DNA of 63,720 nucleotides, from positions 92,389,443 through 92,453,162 of the forward strand of contig NC_068990.1 in assembly GCF_001194135.2 (NCBI RefSeq). The letters are read 5' to 3'. A program made the translations under genes and the position numbers. This stretch comes from Octopus bimaculoides. Lineage: Eukaryota. Of the stretch, positions 1 through 52,214 are shown piece by piece (within the stretch, counting starts at the first letter, position 1; every line of letters begins with the position of its first letter). The notes beneath the pieces were generated by a model. That model searched no databases, was not told the DNA's origin, and saw only the letters and a list, made by a program, of their open reading frames with translations.

Positions 1-39
<39 letters not shown>

Positions 40-583
40 GTCGCCAGGCACAAAGTTCTCATTAAAGAAATTCACGTTTTTTCTTAGTCAATAATGTACT
101 TTCTTCTGGTACTCAGTACTTAAAAGTTACTGGTAGATTCTTTTGTATCAAATAACTGTGATAGAAACACAAAGATGCACATATAACAGGCTTTTTTTCA
201 GTTTCTGTCTACCAAATCCACTAACAAGGCTTTGGTTGGCCTGGGGCTATAATAGAAGACTCTTGCTCAAGGTTTCATGTTGTGGGACTGAACCCAGAAC
301 CATGTAGTTTAGAAGCAAGCTTCTTACCACACAATATGTATTTATACAGTCTGATCCATAAATATTTTGGAGTATTTATTATAGCACTTAAAGTAAAAAC
401 TACAGGAATTGAAAGATTGGGGTTTCAGCCTTGTTTTGTCTCATCAGCTTCAATATGAGTAGAAACACACGTGTTCTGTCTGTCTGTCTGTCCGTCTCTC
501 TCTAATTAAGGATGTTTATATACTGGTCAGTGTCTGCAAGTGAATCCTTAATCAAATGTGATGTCTGGATTTTTTTAATTCAG

Positions 584-36962
<36,379 letters not shown>

Positions 36963-37534
36963 AAAACATCTCGTTTATTTTTCGTTGTCAAGAAGGAAAA
37001 AAAGCAACATTTTCAGAGGAAACAAGAATGTTGAAAAACAACAGGCAAACATTTTCCCAAAAAAAAAAAAAAGAAAAGAAACTAAGATGATTAAAACAAT
37101 ACATATTCCATCTGAGAAGAAGGAGGAGAAGAATAAAAAGGAGAGAGAGAGAAGGAAAGAAAAACAAGAGGTGGAGGAAGAGAAAGATGAAGAAATGGGT
37201 TGAGAGGAGGAGAAAAAAACAAACAAAAAAAAAGATTAAAAACAATGGAAAAAAACTATTGATTGTAGCATTTAACAAAGAGAAGAATCTATCATTTGTT
37301 AAATGAGATTAAAACTCTACAAAAATGGATTACTGAACAAATTTGGATTATGTACACAGCAAATATTATTTCATCTTTTTCTTATTGGTGCTTTCAATGT
37401 AAAAAAAACAATCATTTCTTGCCCCCAGTTTTTTTAACATTTCATTTATATATGTATATGTTTGTATATGTGTATATGTGCATATATATATATATATATA
37501 TACTTCTACATCTTTGCAAAAAAAAAAATGTATG

Positions 37535-37566
<32 letters not shown>

Positions 37567-38804
37567 TAGACATGTTTACACACACATACACACATGTATG
37601 TATATACATATATATATATGTCTGGCATTAGCTTTTATCATCTTTAAGTCATTCCTACTGAACTAAAAAAAATTGCAATGACAGAATATAAAATAATGAA
37701 ATATATTTGTCAAAATTGTCATTTTCGTTTCATGCTGCTGCCATTTTGTACTTGTTAGGTGAAAACAGTTACGGCTTTTAATGTTATTACTGGCTTGAAA
37801 GAGAGAAAGTGTGTGTCTGTGTGTGCATGTATGTATAAAATATATACATATATAAGTCATGTATATATAGTAATGCTTATAAACATATATGTATGTATGT
37901 AATATGTATATTCTATGCAAATCAGTATTGTCTATCTGCATATATATATTTGTGCATGTGTGTATATACGTATAATTTATATGCAATATGTCATTTGGGA
38001 CAAACTATCTTAGTTTCTTGTCAAGAGAAAGGTACCTAGTTTGGTTTAGATTAAGTTGTCACTCTTTTATTCTAGCAAACACCAGGTTTTTATCATCAAA
38101 ACAGCTACTGGTAGGTTTTGAGGACTAACTCAAAGATTGCCAGAAAAAGATGGTTTCAGGTTGATCTAAGCTATGCCAGATATCTTTCTCTTGACATAGA
38201 ACTTACATTGTTTGTTGTAAATAATATGATGTATATAGACTATTAATTGCTCTCAGATGTATAAATGTATTGAGTGCTTTGTTTTTTGAGTCTGTGATCA
38301 AATGAACAGTACACTGTGTGTGTGTGTATGTGTGTGTGTGTAAAGCACAACACAGAAATAATTAAAGCAAAGTATTATTAGCTTTATGCTGAAATGAAGG
38401 AAAGCTCTTACACATTCATTTGTTTTTTCTTTTATTAACAAAGGATAAAGGAAAGAATTTAAGGGGAAGAAAAAGAAAAAACAGTTCCTCGGAACAAGAT
38501 TTGTGTGACTAAATGCAGTGCAGCATGTCACTTCATTTTTTTTTTTTTTTGTGGTCTATCTTTTTCCTTTGGTTTTCTTTCATGAAGAACAGACAGTCAA
38601 AAGGAGCATTCTTCTTTTTATTCATTCCAGCATTAAACAAATATAACTTTGTATTTCCATTGTTTGTTTGCTTGCATTATTCCCAAGATAATTCATTGGA
38701 TTTTGGGCTATGTTCACACAAAAATTAAACCCTGTTTTTCTCAAATGACTCTGTTTACATTGCATTGAATCTATGATTGCACACACACACGTGCCCACCC
38801 ACCC

Positions 38805-39617
38805 ACACACACACAAATTGTGACCAGTGGCATGCATTTGGACAACAAAATCAAATAAGGGTTTATTAAATAAGACAAGATAAATTCTTGATGTATTGAA
38901 ATTATCTCTGAAGGTAGAAGAATCATTTGGTGGCAACGAACCTCAACTGAGAAGGGGGGGATAACCTTAAGAATCAAGAATTTTCTAAAGTTGATTGTCT
39001 GGAGACAAGAAAACTGTTGTGGAGGTGTGTTTCTGCCTTAATAGCTGTTACCAGCACAGTAGTTGTCCTACCTTATCTTTAGCAGACCAAANNNNNNNNN
39101 NNNNNNNNNNNNNNNNNNNNNNNNNNNNNNNNNNNNNNNNNNNNNNNNNNNNNNNNNNNNNNNNNNNNNNNNNNNNNNNNNNNNNNNNNNNNNNNNNNNN
39201 NNNNNNNNNNNNNNNNNNNNNNNNNNNNNNNNNNNNNNNNNNNNNNNNNNNNNNNNNNNNNNNNNNNNNNNNNNNNNNNNNNNNNNNNNNNNNNNNNNNN
39301 NNNNNNNNNNATATATATATATATACATACACACACACACAAATTGTGACCAGTGGCATGCATTTGGACAACAAAATCAAATAAGGGTTTATTAAATAAG
39401 ACAAGATAAATTCTTGATGTATTGAAATTATCTCTGAAGGTAGAAGAATCATTTGGTGGCAACGAACCTCAACTGAGAAGGGGGGGATAACCTTAAGAAT
39501 CAAGAATTTTCTAAAGTTGATTGTCTGGAGACAAGAAAACTGTTGTGGAGGTGTGTTTCTGCCTTAATAGCTGTTACCAGCACAGTAGTTGTCCTACCTT
39601 ATCTTTAGCAGACCAAA
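38805..39617. other. About 290-bp sequence duplicated on both sides of an N gap (probable assembly overlap)
   Basis: 38805-39091 matches 39331-39617 apparently base for base around Ns 39092-39310. Confidence 0.8.
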
Positions 39618-39912
39618 CACACACACACACATACTCATGTATATGTATATATTAGAATGTGTTGGGGCAGGAACAAATTAGGCCACTATTAAAATATGGG
39701 ACTCAAAAGTGTTTAGTGTTGAGTTGAGAAATTTATTAAAAGTAATCTGTGACACATTGCAATAATGTTTCCATCAAAGTTAGATCTTATCAAGTGGATG
39801 AAAATAGAAGGTGGGTTACATTTCGAATATAGTTAGAAGCTAGTGGAAGGTAGTAAATGTAAAATTAGATCTTCATAAGTGAAATGGAACATGACATGCA
39901 GAGAAGTCTACA

Positions 39913-40006
39913 AATATGTAATTTAGCCAGCCCCTGCAACAACAGACCAGTCTATCTATAATATGTAATTTAGCCAGCCCCTGCAACAATAGACCAGTTT
40001 TTCTAT
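39913..40006. repeat. 47-bp direct duplication
   Basis: aatatgtaatttagccagcccctgcaacaa(c/t)agaccagt occurs twice, with a weaker third echo just downstream. Confidence 0.85.
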
Positions 40007-41809
40007 GTCATGCAAACTCCCCTACAACTGCAGGCCAGTCTACTCCAGTGAAAGTTCATATTGAATTGGATCAAATATTACTGCTGGGTTTAAAATCTCT
40101 TAAGTTCAGTTGTAATATAAAATTCATCCAATGAACTTTCACTGCAATTTATCTGAGACTCAGATTGCGATGTTTTGATTGATTTCATACTGTAATTATA
40201 AAAATATTTAATCTCTTTTTGAAATATTGAGTCTTTCTTTTGTTTTATGCCAAACATATGCACACACGCAATTATTTGAATATTTATTCATGATACTTTC
40301 CAGCAGATTCGAGCGTGAATGTACTCATTGCTGTTGTGTTTCATCCCAGAAGAACAACACTTTTTTCATTGAACTTGTAAAGTTATGATACGCTTGAGTC
40401 ATTAGATTGAGTGTGTTGTGAACAGACACTTGCTCTAAGGGTGAAGTTCTTCACCTGTGATGAAACCCAACATTAATTAGCTTATTCATGTTCGAATCTG
40501 CCAGAACATATTAAGAACAAATATGCAATCATCATTTTTATTTTCTGTTCATCGTACATATGACAATTTATCAGATGTTCACACACACACACACATCTTT
40601 GGAAAATATGGTAAAAGCATAGTTTAGTAGTTTAATAGTCAAATGATTTTGTGAATTAGCAAAAGAAAAAATAGGAGGTGAAATATTACTGACTGAGAAA
40701 AGCATTTGTGACTTGGCATTAATGAGAAAAATTCCAGTCAATCTTTGTAAAAAAAAAAGACTATTTTTCTTAGTAGAATGTAGAAGGTTCAGAAGACTTG
40801 AGGTTTTTATCAAGGTAGATTATATAACCTCTCTGTTAATAAACAAATCTGTACAGTGGCTACTCTTCATTATAACAAAGCTTTCCTAGAAGTGGTTTTA
40901 AAGCAAAAAATCTTGTCATCAGACATCTGCTGGCTTTACCCTAGAAACAGGAAACGAAAGGTAAATTGCTGTAAATTCCCACCCCATCTATTTAACTTAG
41001 CTGTTGCCACTCTATCAGTCAAGTCCTTAAAATGATTAAAAAAGCACATCCTTCCACAGTACGGGTATTATAAAATGTTTAACATGTACACAATCAAAAT
41101 CTCATATTCCACTACACCTAATTTTGTTCAAAATATAAATTTCATCTACCCTGAAAAAGTCAAACCCATCTCATAACTTTATTCCTACACTCAGCTATAA
41201 TTTCAGTAACCCAGATCTGTGCCCTCTAGCATCTAATTATCTTGCCAGTGATATAGTTTACCAGAGCATCGTACAAACCAATAATTCTTTTCACACATAT
41301 TAACCTTACAACTATTCCTTTTAAAGTATGTTTCAATCATGATATCCATAGTTTCAGAAAGCATAACAAAGAAACTTTGTTATCCAAACACATCAGGGAA
41401 TTGAATAACAATAGTTTACCTTACAACTTAAAACAGAACATTGTGTCTTGAACTATATCAGAAATAAAAGAATTTTATAATCTTTACCCTTTAGAGAGCT
41501 TGACAATCCACCTTGTCCAAAGGTCCCATCTTTAACAAGCATTCTTCTATAAGACTTAAATATACAAGGAACATTGCTTATTTTCTAAGTATTTTTAAAA
41601 AACTAACCCATTTAAAAAAATTTTCATCCATTTGTGAACGTCAAGCTTTGGTGGAAACATTGTTGCAATGTGCTGCAACTTATTTGTGCTCTCTCTCTCT
41701 CTCTCTCTCNNNNNNNNNNNNNNNNNNNNNNNNNNNNNNNNNNNNNNNNNNNNNNNNNNNNNNNNNNNNNNNNNNNNNNNNNNNNNNNNNNNNNNNNNNN
41801 NNNNNNNNN

Positions 41810-42040
41810 ATGTAACACACGTTCTTGGACTAACTTCTAGCTGTTTTGCAATATCAGAACCCTTTCAATACTGTTCGTTTTCCACAATTCTCTTCAAAGA
41901 GCGAAGCTTCCTTTCCAAGGGCCCAGGTCGGCCGGGACAAGAATCTGTTGATTCTTTTCCTTGGCTTTTGAATTGCACTATAATTCTATTAAGGGTAGCA
42001 AGAGGAATTGGAAGATTTTCAGCAAAAGTGAAGCAGTGAG
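41810..42040 (-). mobile_element. Tc1/mariner transposase N-terminal (HTH) fragment
   Basis: [60 protein letters not shown] shows the Tc1 paired HTH with the GRP linker; truncated at an N gap. Confidence 0.7.
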
Positions 42041-43189
42041 TGTCCCATGTTTGAGTTGAGTGTGTATATCTGCATGCATGTGCTTGTGTAACATGTATTA
42101 TCTTCATTACGATTGATTCATTTGAAATGAACTACTACCATATGTAGTACTCAATACAGGATGCAATTCTAATGTTTTATATTGCTTTTATTACAAAATA
42201 TCACACCTGATGATTGACCTGCGGTCAATACAATCACTACAACATTTAAATAAATAAAATGCACACATATATATGTGCATCTGTGTGTGTATGTGTGTAT
42301 ATGTGTGTGTGTAAGTATACTCGCGTATACATGGAAGAACTTGACAGCTGTTTTTTGTTAGAAATATATGGAGAAGTATTTTGAACAATCAGTGGAGAAC
42401 ACGTGATAAAGAAGATGTTGATTAGCTGCCTTTCTATTTCCTGGTCAAACTTATTCAAACAAACCATAACCAAAAGCAGTCTATCCATGATGATGATCTC
42501 ATTATCTAACATGTCATCCCTTATTCAAGTGGGTTGGGTGTGGTTTTGGGTAGGCTTGACCACTATTCCTAGTAGGATGGATGACTCTCTTTCCCCTAAA
42601 GATTAGAGCTACAGATGCTGGACCTTACAAAGGGTCAAGTCAGCAGTAGTAATTTGTATAAGCTGACTTGTACATCCCACAATTAGGGTTAAGTCAAATG
42701 AGAAAGGACAGACCCATAGCTTTTTCCATTATCTCCACAACTGGTGACATGAAGTGAGGAAGAAATCCCCCCCACACTGTAGGCCTGGTCCAGATATTTG
42801 CAGTAAAGTGAATTCCACTGAAGGGATCCAAGCACAGGGGGCGGGAATGCTGAACAAAGAGTTGGTCCATCTTCCATAACATGGGGATGAGTGGCAGATT
42901 AAATGATTTGTGATGTTGAGTTCAAACCCTACAAAGGTCAGTTTTGCTTTTTATTCTTCTGAGTCTATAAAATATTGAACTAGTCAAGGACTGGGATTAG
43001 TTTAATCAACTAATTCTTCCTCACTAATCTATGGTCTTCAGCTTGAATTAAATTGACTGAATTGTTAGATTGTTGGAAGTTTTTATTCTGGCTTTTCATA
43101 TTCTGGAGTCAATAAAATAAAATACCAGTACTTGGGTCAATGGTAGCTTTCCCTCAAAATTCATGGCCTTGTGCCAGAATTAGAATTTT

Positions 43190-43520
43190 TATTATTATTA
43201 TTGACATCGAACAGTATACAATATTGTGAGGTTGTTGATTGAAGATATTGTGTCCACCGGAGGTTTGTACTGTTTGTCAAGTCCCAACAAGGACCTCAGA
43301 CAGACAGTACTTTACACAATATGCGTGCAGTTTCAAGTAATGCTGACTTTTGCAATACATCTAGATTGTCGGGTATTTCTAAAGGTTTCAGATGTTTTTT
43401 CAGATTGGGTGGTATTGAACCCAAAACTCCGATGACAATAGCGATAACCTTTATGTTTGACTCTCGTAGCTGCCACATTTTAGCAATCTCAATTCTCAGG
43501 TCTCCATAGTTATCATCTCT
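43190..43520 (-). mobile_element. R4/Dong-type 3' end, different subfamily
   Basis: LRIEIAKMWQL...IAIVIGVLGSIP...LQKSALLETARILCKVLSV*; adjacent (TTA)n tracts. Confidence 0.7.
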
Positions 43521-43540
43521 TTCTCTTTCATGATGATATG

Positions 43541-43576
<36 letters not shown>

Positions 43577-43619
43577 GTTTTGCAATATTTCTTCCAGTTC
43601 TTTACTTTCTGAGCTCAGA

Positions 43620-45290
<1,671 letters not shown>

Positions 45291-46507
45291 TATTTATTCA
45301 CCATGGACAATGGACGTTAAATGATAATGATGATGATGATGAGAGGGTAGAGAAAAAAATCACCGTATTTTAATCTACCAAAATATAAACCTACTGCAGC
45401 ATTTAGTTTTATCTCAATATTCTGAGTTCGAATCTCCTTGCATTCCACCATGGACAGATAAGATAGCATCAGTAATAAAATAGAACCAATTCAAGCAATA
45501 GTGAATATTCCTTTGCAAAAACCAGCCTTGAACTTAATCTGACAGAATTCCCATTCATTTGTACAGGTGAGGTGAGGTATAATGAGATGGGAGAATACCA
45601 GACATTCCTTTTTTATCCTAACGTTTAATCTGAAAAATTGCTACATGTTTTACTTCTGTTTCTTCCACCTTAAACCTACTAATTGCTACATGAATCCTTT
45701 TTTTTATACACACACACACCCAGATGAAACTTGAATAATTACTCCTAATAAAATTTAATTTTTGTTCCATGTTTCTCCTTGAGGAAATTGAATAAATGCT
45801 ACATGTTTCTCACTCCTGACAGTTCAGAATCCTGCCATGATGCTAGTCTGATCAGTCTGAATATTCTTTATTTTACTCCAATTATGTTTTGTCTGGTTCA
45901 AACTTAACACTTCCTACATGGCTCATGTATTGTAAACCCCATCATTTCTACATGTTTTAAATCCGACCATTCTTACATGTTTCTTCTCCTGGTGAAAACC
46001 CAACAATTCCTACAGGGACTCAAATTAACAACTACAGCTTGTTTCATGTAAAACTTACCTGTTGCATGTTTTACCTGCTCAAACTTAATGATTGCTATTT
46101 GCTTCATCCATGTTTCACCTAACAGAATTTTACTGCTTTCATGATTATCATCTCTTTGTACATATTTTTTGCTATGATTTTTTTTTAATTATATTTTTCA
46201 ATTATTAAAAATAAATGGATTTTATAACCAAATTTTTTCCTCCGGTGTAATGAAGACACTCTAAAATATAGTGTCTTCCATCTCTTGATGTTTCGTAATC
46301 TCCAGTTACCATATTCTAAAGACAAATAACTTGCCATATAACCAGCTTCTATTGTGATGTTCTTCACTTTTTATTCTTTCCCACTCTTTTTTTTATATAT
46401 ATACATATACATACATACACACATACATACATACATACATCATTTTGAAAATATTTTTGTTGATATATTTGATAAATTTTAAATATTTATTTAACTCTCA
46501 TGCATAC

Positions 46508-46551
<44 letters not shown>

Positions 46552-48094
46552 ACTCACTCATCCTCTGTCTGTTTCTTTCTTCCTCTCACCCTGCCCTCTC
46601 CTTGCCTTCTTTTCTCTTTCTCACCTCACTCTCTCTCTCTCTCTCTCTCTCTCTCCCCCCTCTCTCTCCCTCCCGTCAGAGATACTCCTCTTATTGTCTT
46701 TCTTCTTTGTTTAAATAACAATCTCCACTCAGTTATTGATTTTGTTCTCTATTAAATCACAATTTATGAAGAACGGTGTGATTGATTACAGGTTCCCAAC
46801 AGACTGCCAATCACAGTTCATTGCATTTCTGACAAGTGATAAGCGAGTCTCTGTATCTCAGTGCGTCTCATGAGACATAACATAAACCAATGAAGAAGCC
46901 TATAGATGGTCGCTCACTATGCTAGTAATAACAGCTATATCTCCCTCAACTCATGCCCTATCATCTTATGAAGAAGAAAGGAACATTAGAAAAGGTAATC
47001 CTAGATACTTATAACTCTAAAAAGACAGGTTGGTCACAACTGGAATACCTCCGATCATAAGTCTGTCTGATCAAAGCTGACCTGGGCCTAAACAACAGCA
47101 GCAACTAAATTATGATAGCTCTAATTAATTCTATTCAATATTTCCTGGAGGCCATTTCAAAATTCCAAAGCTACTCCACACCAACTAACCCCAATGCAAC
47201 TGGTGTCCCTAAAATTCTCATAAATGCCGACCTATTTGAGATCTCACTGCATCTTTCCTAGATCATAGTTTGCACTGGACACAGAGGCTAGAATTTTCTC
47301 CCATGCTCTTCTTCTTCTGTATTGAACAAGACGTTTTTCTTAATTGTTATTCATCTTTTCTGATACCTGATACTCAATAGTACCTTGTTTAGGGGCAAAA
47401 CATGCTGTCAGATTCTAAGTGGAACCTTGTTTAGGCAGTATACACTATCAGATTCTTTTTTCGAGCACCATCTTCCTCGTTTTAAACTCCTAATACAGGT
47501 TTTTCAAAAGATTCTATAATGGCAACCAAGTTGCCAGTAAATAAATATCTCATCCTGAAAATCTTTGCAATGGCCTTCAAGATTAAAACAAAGAGTAAAG
47601 ACCTGAGAAAAGGAGTCCTGTTTAACCATTTAACTATGCACTAAGCTCACTCCTACAAAAGCCCAAATAAAGTTTTAGGTGTTCATAAGTTAGATTGTTG
47701 GGAAAAATGAAAAAAAAGTCACCTTTTATTTCTTCTGCAGTGTTACACTTTTTCATTGCTGATGACAATTAAACTTATTGAAACTGTAACCCTTAAGCTT
47801 TTTTTGGATTGTCTCACCATCATTGGTAACTCAAACCCTCACCTCTGTCCTTGGGGTGGACCATTACTAACTTCCTAACAGAGCTCATTAGCAATCTCAA
47901 CCATACTTTAAAACTCTTGTTTTAAACTTAAGCAATGACAGCAACTACAACAACAACAACAACATCATCATTTTAACAGCTACATTTCTATGATTGCATA
48001 GTCCACATAAAATTCATATGCCCTCCGAGTTGCCAACCCTCCTTTATAACTGTTAAGCAATGTAATAATGAGGACACACACACACGCACGCACG

Positions 48095-48183
<89 letters not shown>

Positions 48184-49089
48184 ACACACACAGAGGCTTC
48201 TTTCAATTTCTGTTTACCAAATCCACTCACAGAGCTTTGATCAGTCTGGGTATTTACTATAAGATATTTGCCCTAAGTGCCACATACTAGGACTGAACCC
48301 AAAGCCACATGATTGTAGAAATATATCGTCTGTGATTTACAGACTCTTACCTGTTGTATAATATCCTACAAATCATCAGTCAATGGAATCGATAGCTTGC
48401 TTTGCTTATTGTTTAGAATTACTACTCCACTTTGGCTAATAAAGTTCTGAGGGAACATCCTAACTTTCTGTTTCTCCTCTTGTACCAATTATTTATATAA
48501 TAAAATCAGGAACCATTAATCTTATGAAAGTGGCATACTGGAAATATCATTGGAATTTTGGAGGAAATACCATGCAGTATTTTCTTCAGTTCTTTGCATT
48601 CTGGGTTCAATTCCTGCTGATGTCAACCTTGCCTTTTATCCTTTTGGGGGTCAATAAAATTAAGTATAAGCTAAGTACTGGGGTCTAGAGCATTGACTAA
48701 ACCCCTGTAACCTTAGATATCCATATGATTTCAATAAGCCACCAAGTGCTCAAAACCACCTTCTGATGCTCTTTCTTGTTCCTAAGATGCAAACCTTCTA
48801 TAGAAGCTCTGTGGGGCATTCCATTCCAATTTCCTTTATTTGTCTACTTCTATCACAGTCTGTATAGATTTCAGATCTCACAATCTCAAATTTTTAAACT
48901 TTTATGTGTTTTCTTCACATTCCTCGTATCAAATGGACAAGAAGGATCATTCGGTTTGCTAATTCGATTTTCCTTCCCTTTTACTATAATGTCTGGCTTT
49001 TGTTCTATCTTATCCGTTTGAGTGGGAAAACTCTATAAAGTCTTGCATTTTACCAGCTCAAGTTCTCTTTCTACTCAATGATTGTAACA

Positions 49090-49587
<498 letters not shown>

Positions 49588-51162
49588 CAGCTGAAAGTGT
49601 TAGAGAGATGGTCAAGAATGCTGAACAGAATGCTATCTCTTGGTGTTCTTACTTTCAATCTAACTTCAGTTGATATCTTATCTTTCATTTTACTCAAGTT
49701 AATAAAATACCTGTAATATACTGAGATTGATTTAATCTCTACCCCATGTACATAGGTAAGAAGCCAATACTATTTTAGCTGATAAGCACAACAAACAATG
49801 GTGAAACATTTATTTAAAAGTCAAAAGACCATTTTACCTTAAACAGTTCTTAAACAACAAAAACGGGTATCAGAGTTCTTTAAATTCTAACCCTTTTGAT
49901 GCCAACCTACCTGAGACTATCCTTTAGTTCTATGATACAATCTTCCTGTCTTAAAGTGATCTAAACTAAAACCTATCAAAATTCATGTTAATTTATTTGC
50001 CAAACATCAGCTTAATAACGACAAAGTTATTTTACTAAAATCTTATTATTCTAAGTATTAATTAAAGCAAAAGTAGTGTATTTCTACTGAAATTTGGTAA
50101 CAAAAGGTTTAAATAGCTGTTAGTCGTCTGTAAAGGTTGAACAGATGATGGTTGTATGTAAATATCGAAAAGATGTTGATTTTCTGTAGATTTTAAAAAG
50201 TTGTTGGTTGTGTGTAGATATTTTAAAAAGATATAAATTTTCTACAGAATATTTTTTAAAACATATTAAAAAGATATTAGTTTTTGAAAATGTTAAAAAC
50301 ACGTTAATTTTATGTAGATATTTATTAAAGATGTTAGTTGCATGTAGATTTTAAAAAAGCCTCGGATTTTGTGTGTAGATATTAAAAAGATTTTCTAATT
50401 GTGAAGAAGAAATGGTGGGTTATAAGGAAATCTCATTAACTCATTGTCAAATATTGGCACCAATTAATTAAATAGTCTAATCAAGGTAATGAGACTCAGC
50501 TGGTTACATCTTCTATTGATCTGTAATACATCATTACACTTCATAAATTAATAGTTGTAATGAGAATAATGAGAATGATGATGATAATGATGATGATTTA
50601 GGCATGAGGCCAATCATTTTGAGGGGAGGGGGTAGTCAGTTGATTTCATCAATTTTAGCTTTTATTTGTTACTTTATTTCATCAATGTTGGAGGATTGAG
50701 AGACAAAGTTGATTTTGGCAGGATTTGAACTCAGAATCTAGAGACAAGTACCACAAAATATTCTCTCCAATGCTCTGACAATTCTGCCAATCCACATCTC
50801 ACAATTTTCACAAATATTCTCTTCAGATTTTGGCACAAGACTAACAGTTTTAGGAGGAGGAGGAGGAGGAGGAGGATAATTGTATCAACCCAAATATATG
50901 TCTGGTACTTTCAAATGTGACCTCAGTGGGATTTGAACTCAAAATGGAAAGAAGCAGAAGAAATGCTGCTAACCATTTTGTCTGATGCGCTAAAGATTCT
51001 TTAACATTGTAATAACGACCCTTTCATATGTATATTAAGACAAAAAGCATATATAGCAGTTATAAAAAGAAAGTGGGTGGCCGGTGGGGGTGGGGAGACT
51101 AGATACAATTATTTAAAACAAGGGGATATATATATACATTATATATACATATATTTATGTGC

Positions 51163-51221
<59 letters not shown>

Positions 51222-52085
51222 CATATGTGTGTGTGTGTGTGTATATATTAGATAAAAATAGTTAAGGCTGGTCTTTGTTTTGGTTTCTGTACTCATGACA
51301 AAATTCTGCTCCAGAATGGCCGGCCCTGTGGTTTTGAGATGTTCCTTAGAATTTGTAAGTCCATACTGACTCTTCCTGACCATGCTATTTTCTTGGGCAA
51401 ATTCCTCAGGCAAGTTGATGGACACTTTTGTAACACACCTCTGCTACTTCTTTGCTAATTGGATCTCATTTATGTCCAGAAATTTTCTTTGACAGAAAAA
51501 AACAATTGCAAAACTGCTTCCCAAACCACTAACATTTACACCTGACAATATCTGTGTGTGTGTGAGTGTTGTTGTTGCTGTTTACCATTTTTGTTGCAAA
51601 TGCATACATTAAAAACAGACTCTGTTTTCTCTTGCAAACCCTAATTTTCACTCCAAGTGTATTTTTTCATTCGATTTTGTTGGTTTTCTTCTTTTTATAT
51701 CTCTGTTCCTTTCATTTTTTTAATCTTTATTAATATTTTTTTCACAAAGTTTTGAAGATGGTATACTTCTTTATGCTAATGCTACCACCACTGTAACAAG
51801 CAACTCTTCCTACTACTTCAATGCAAGAATCCATTTTAAAATTTCAGTTAGAAAAACACATTAAAATAAAAATATTTTTTAAAATGTGGAGGGTTTCCCT
51901 CACCTTTAATAGGGAAAATTTTTTTTTTAAATCCTTTCCACCTCTTATTGTAATAATCCCATACAGTAGAACATGGGAAAAAACATAAATCCTTGAAACA
52001 ATCTACTCTTTTTCTTAACCATATGAATCTTACAAAAGACATGTCTATTCATCTCAAGACACAATATTAAAAAATATCAATACAA

Positions 52086-52116
<31 letters not shown>

Positions 52117-52214
52117 CAAAAAAACGTTGAAAATAATGAATTTTGGGAAGCTCTGATTAAAATTTTATTTTATTGGTCCATGGAGGAAATAATATTAATA
52201 ATAATGATAATGAT

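Noticed and set aside
38805-39617. 290-bp direct repeat as a biological duplication or LTR pair
   Set aside because: The copies are identical and sit exactly either side of an N gap, which is typical of an unmerged contig overlap or heterozygous haplotypes.
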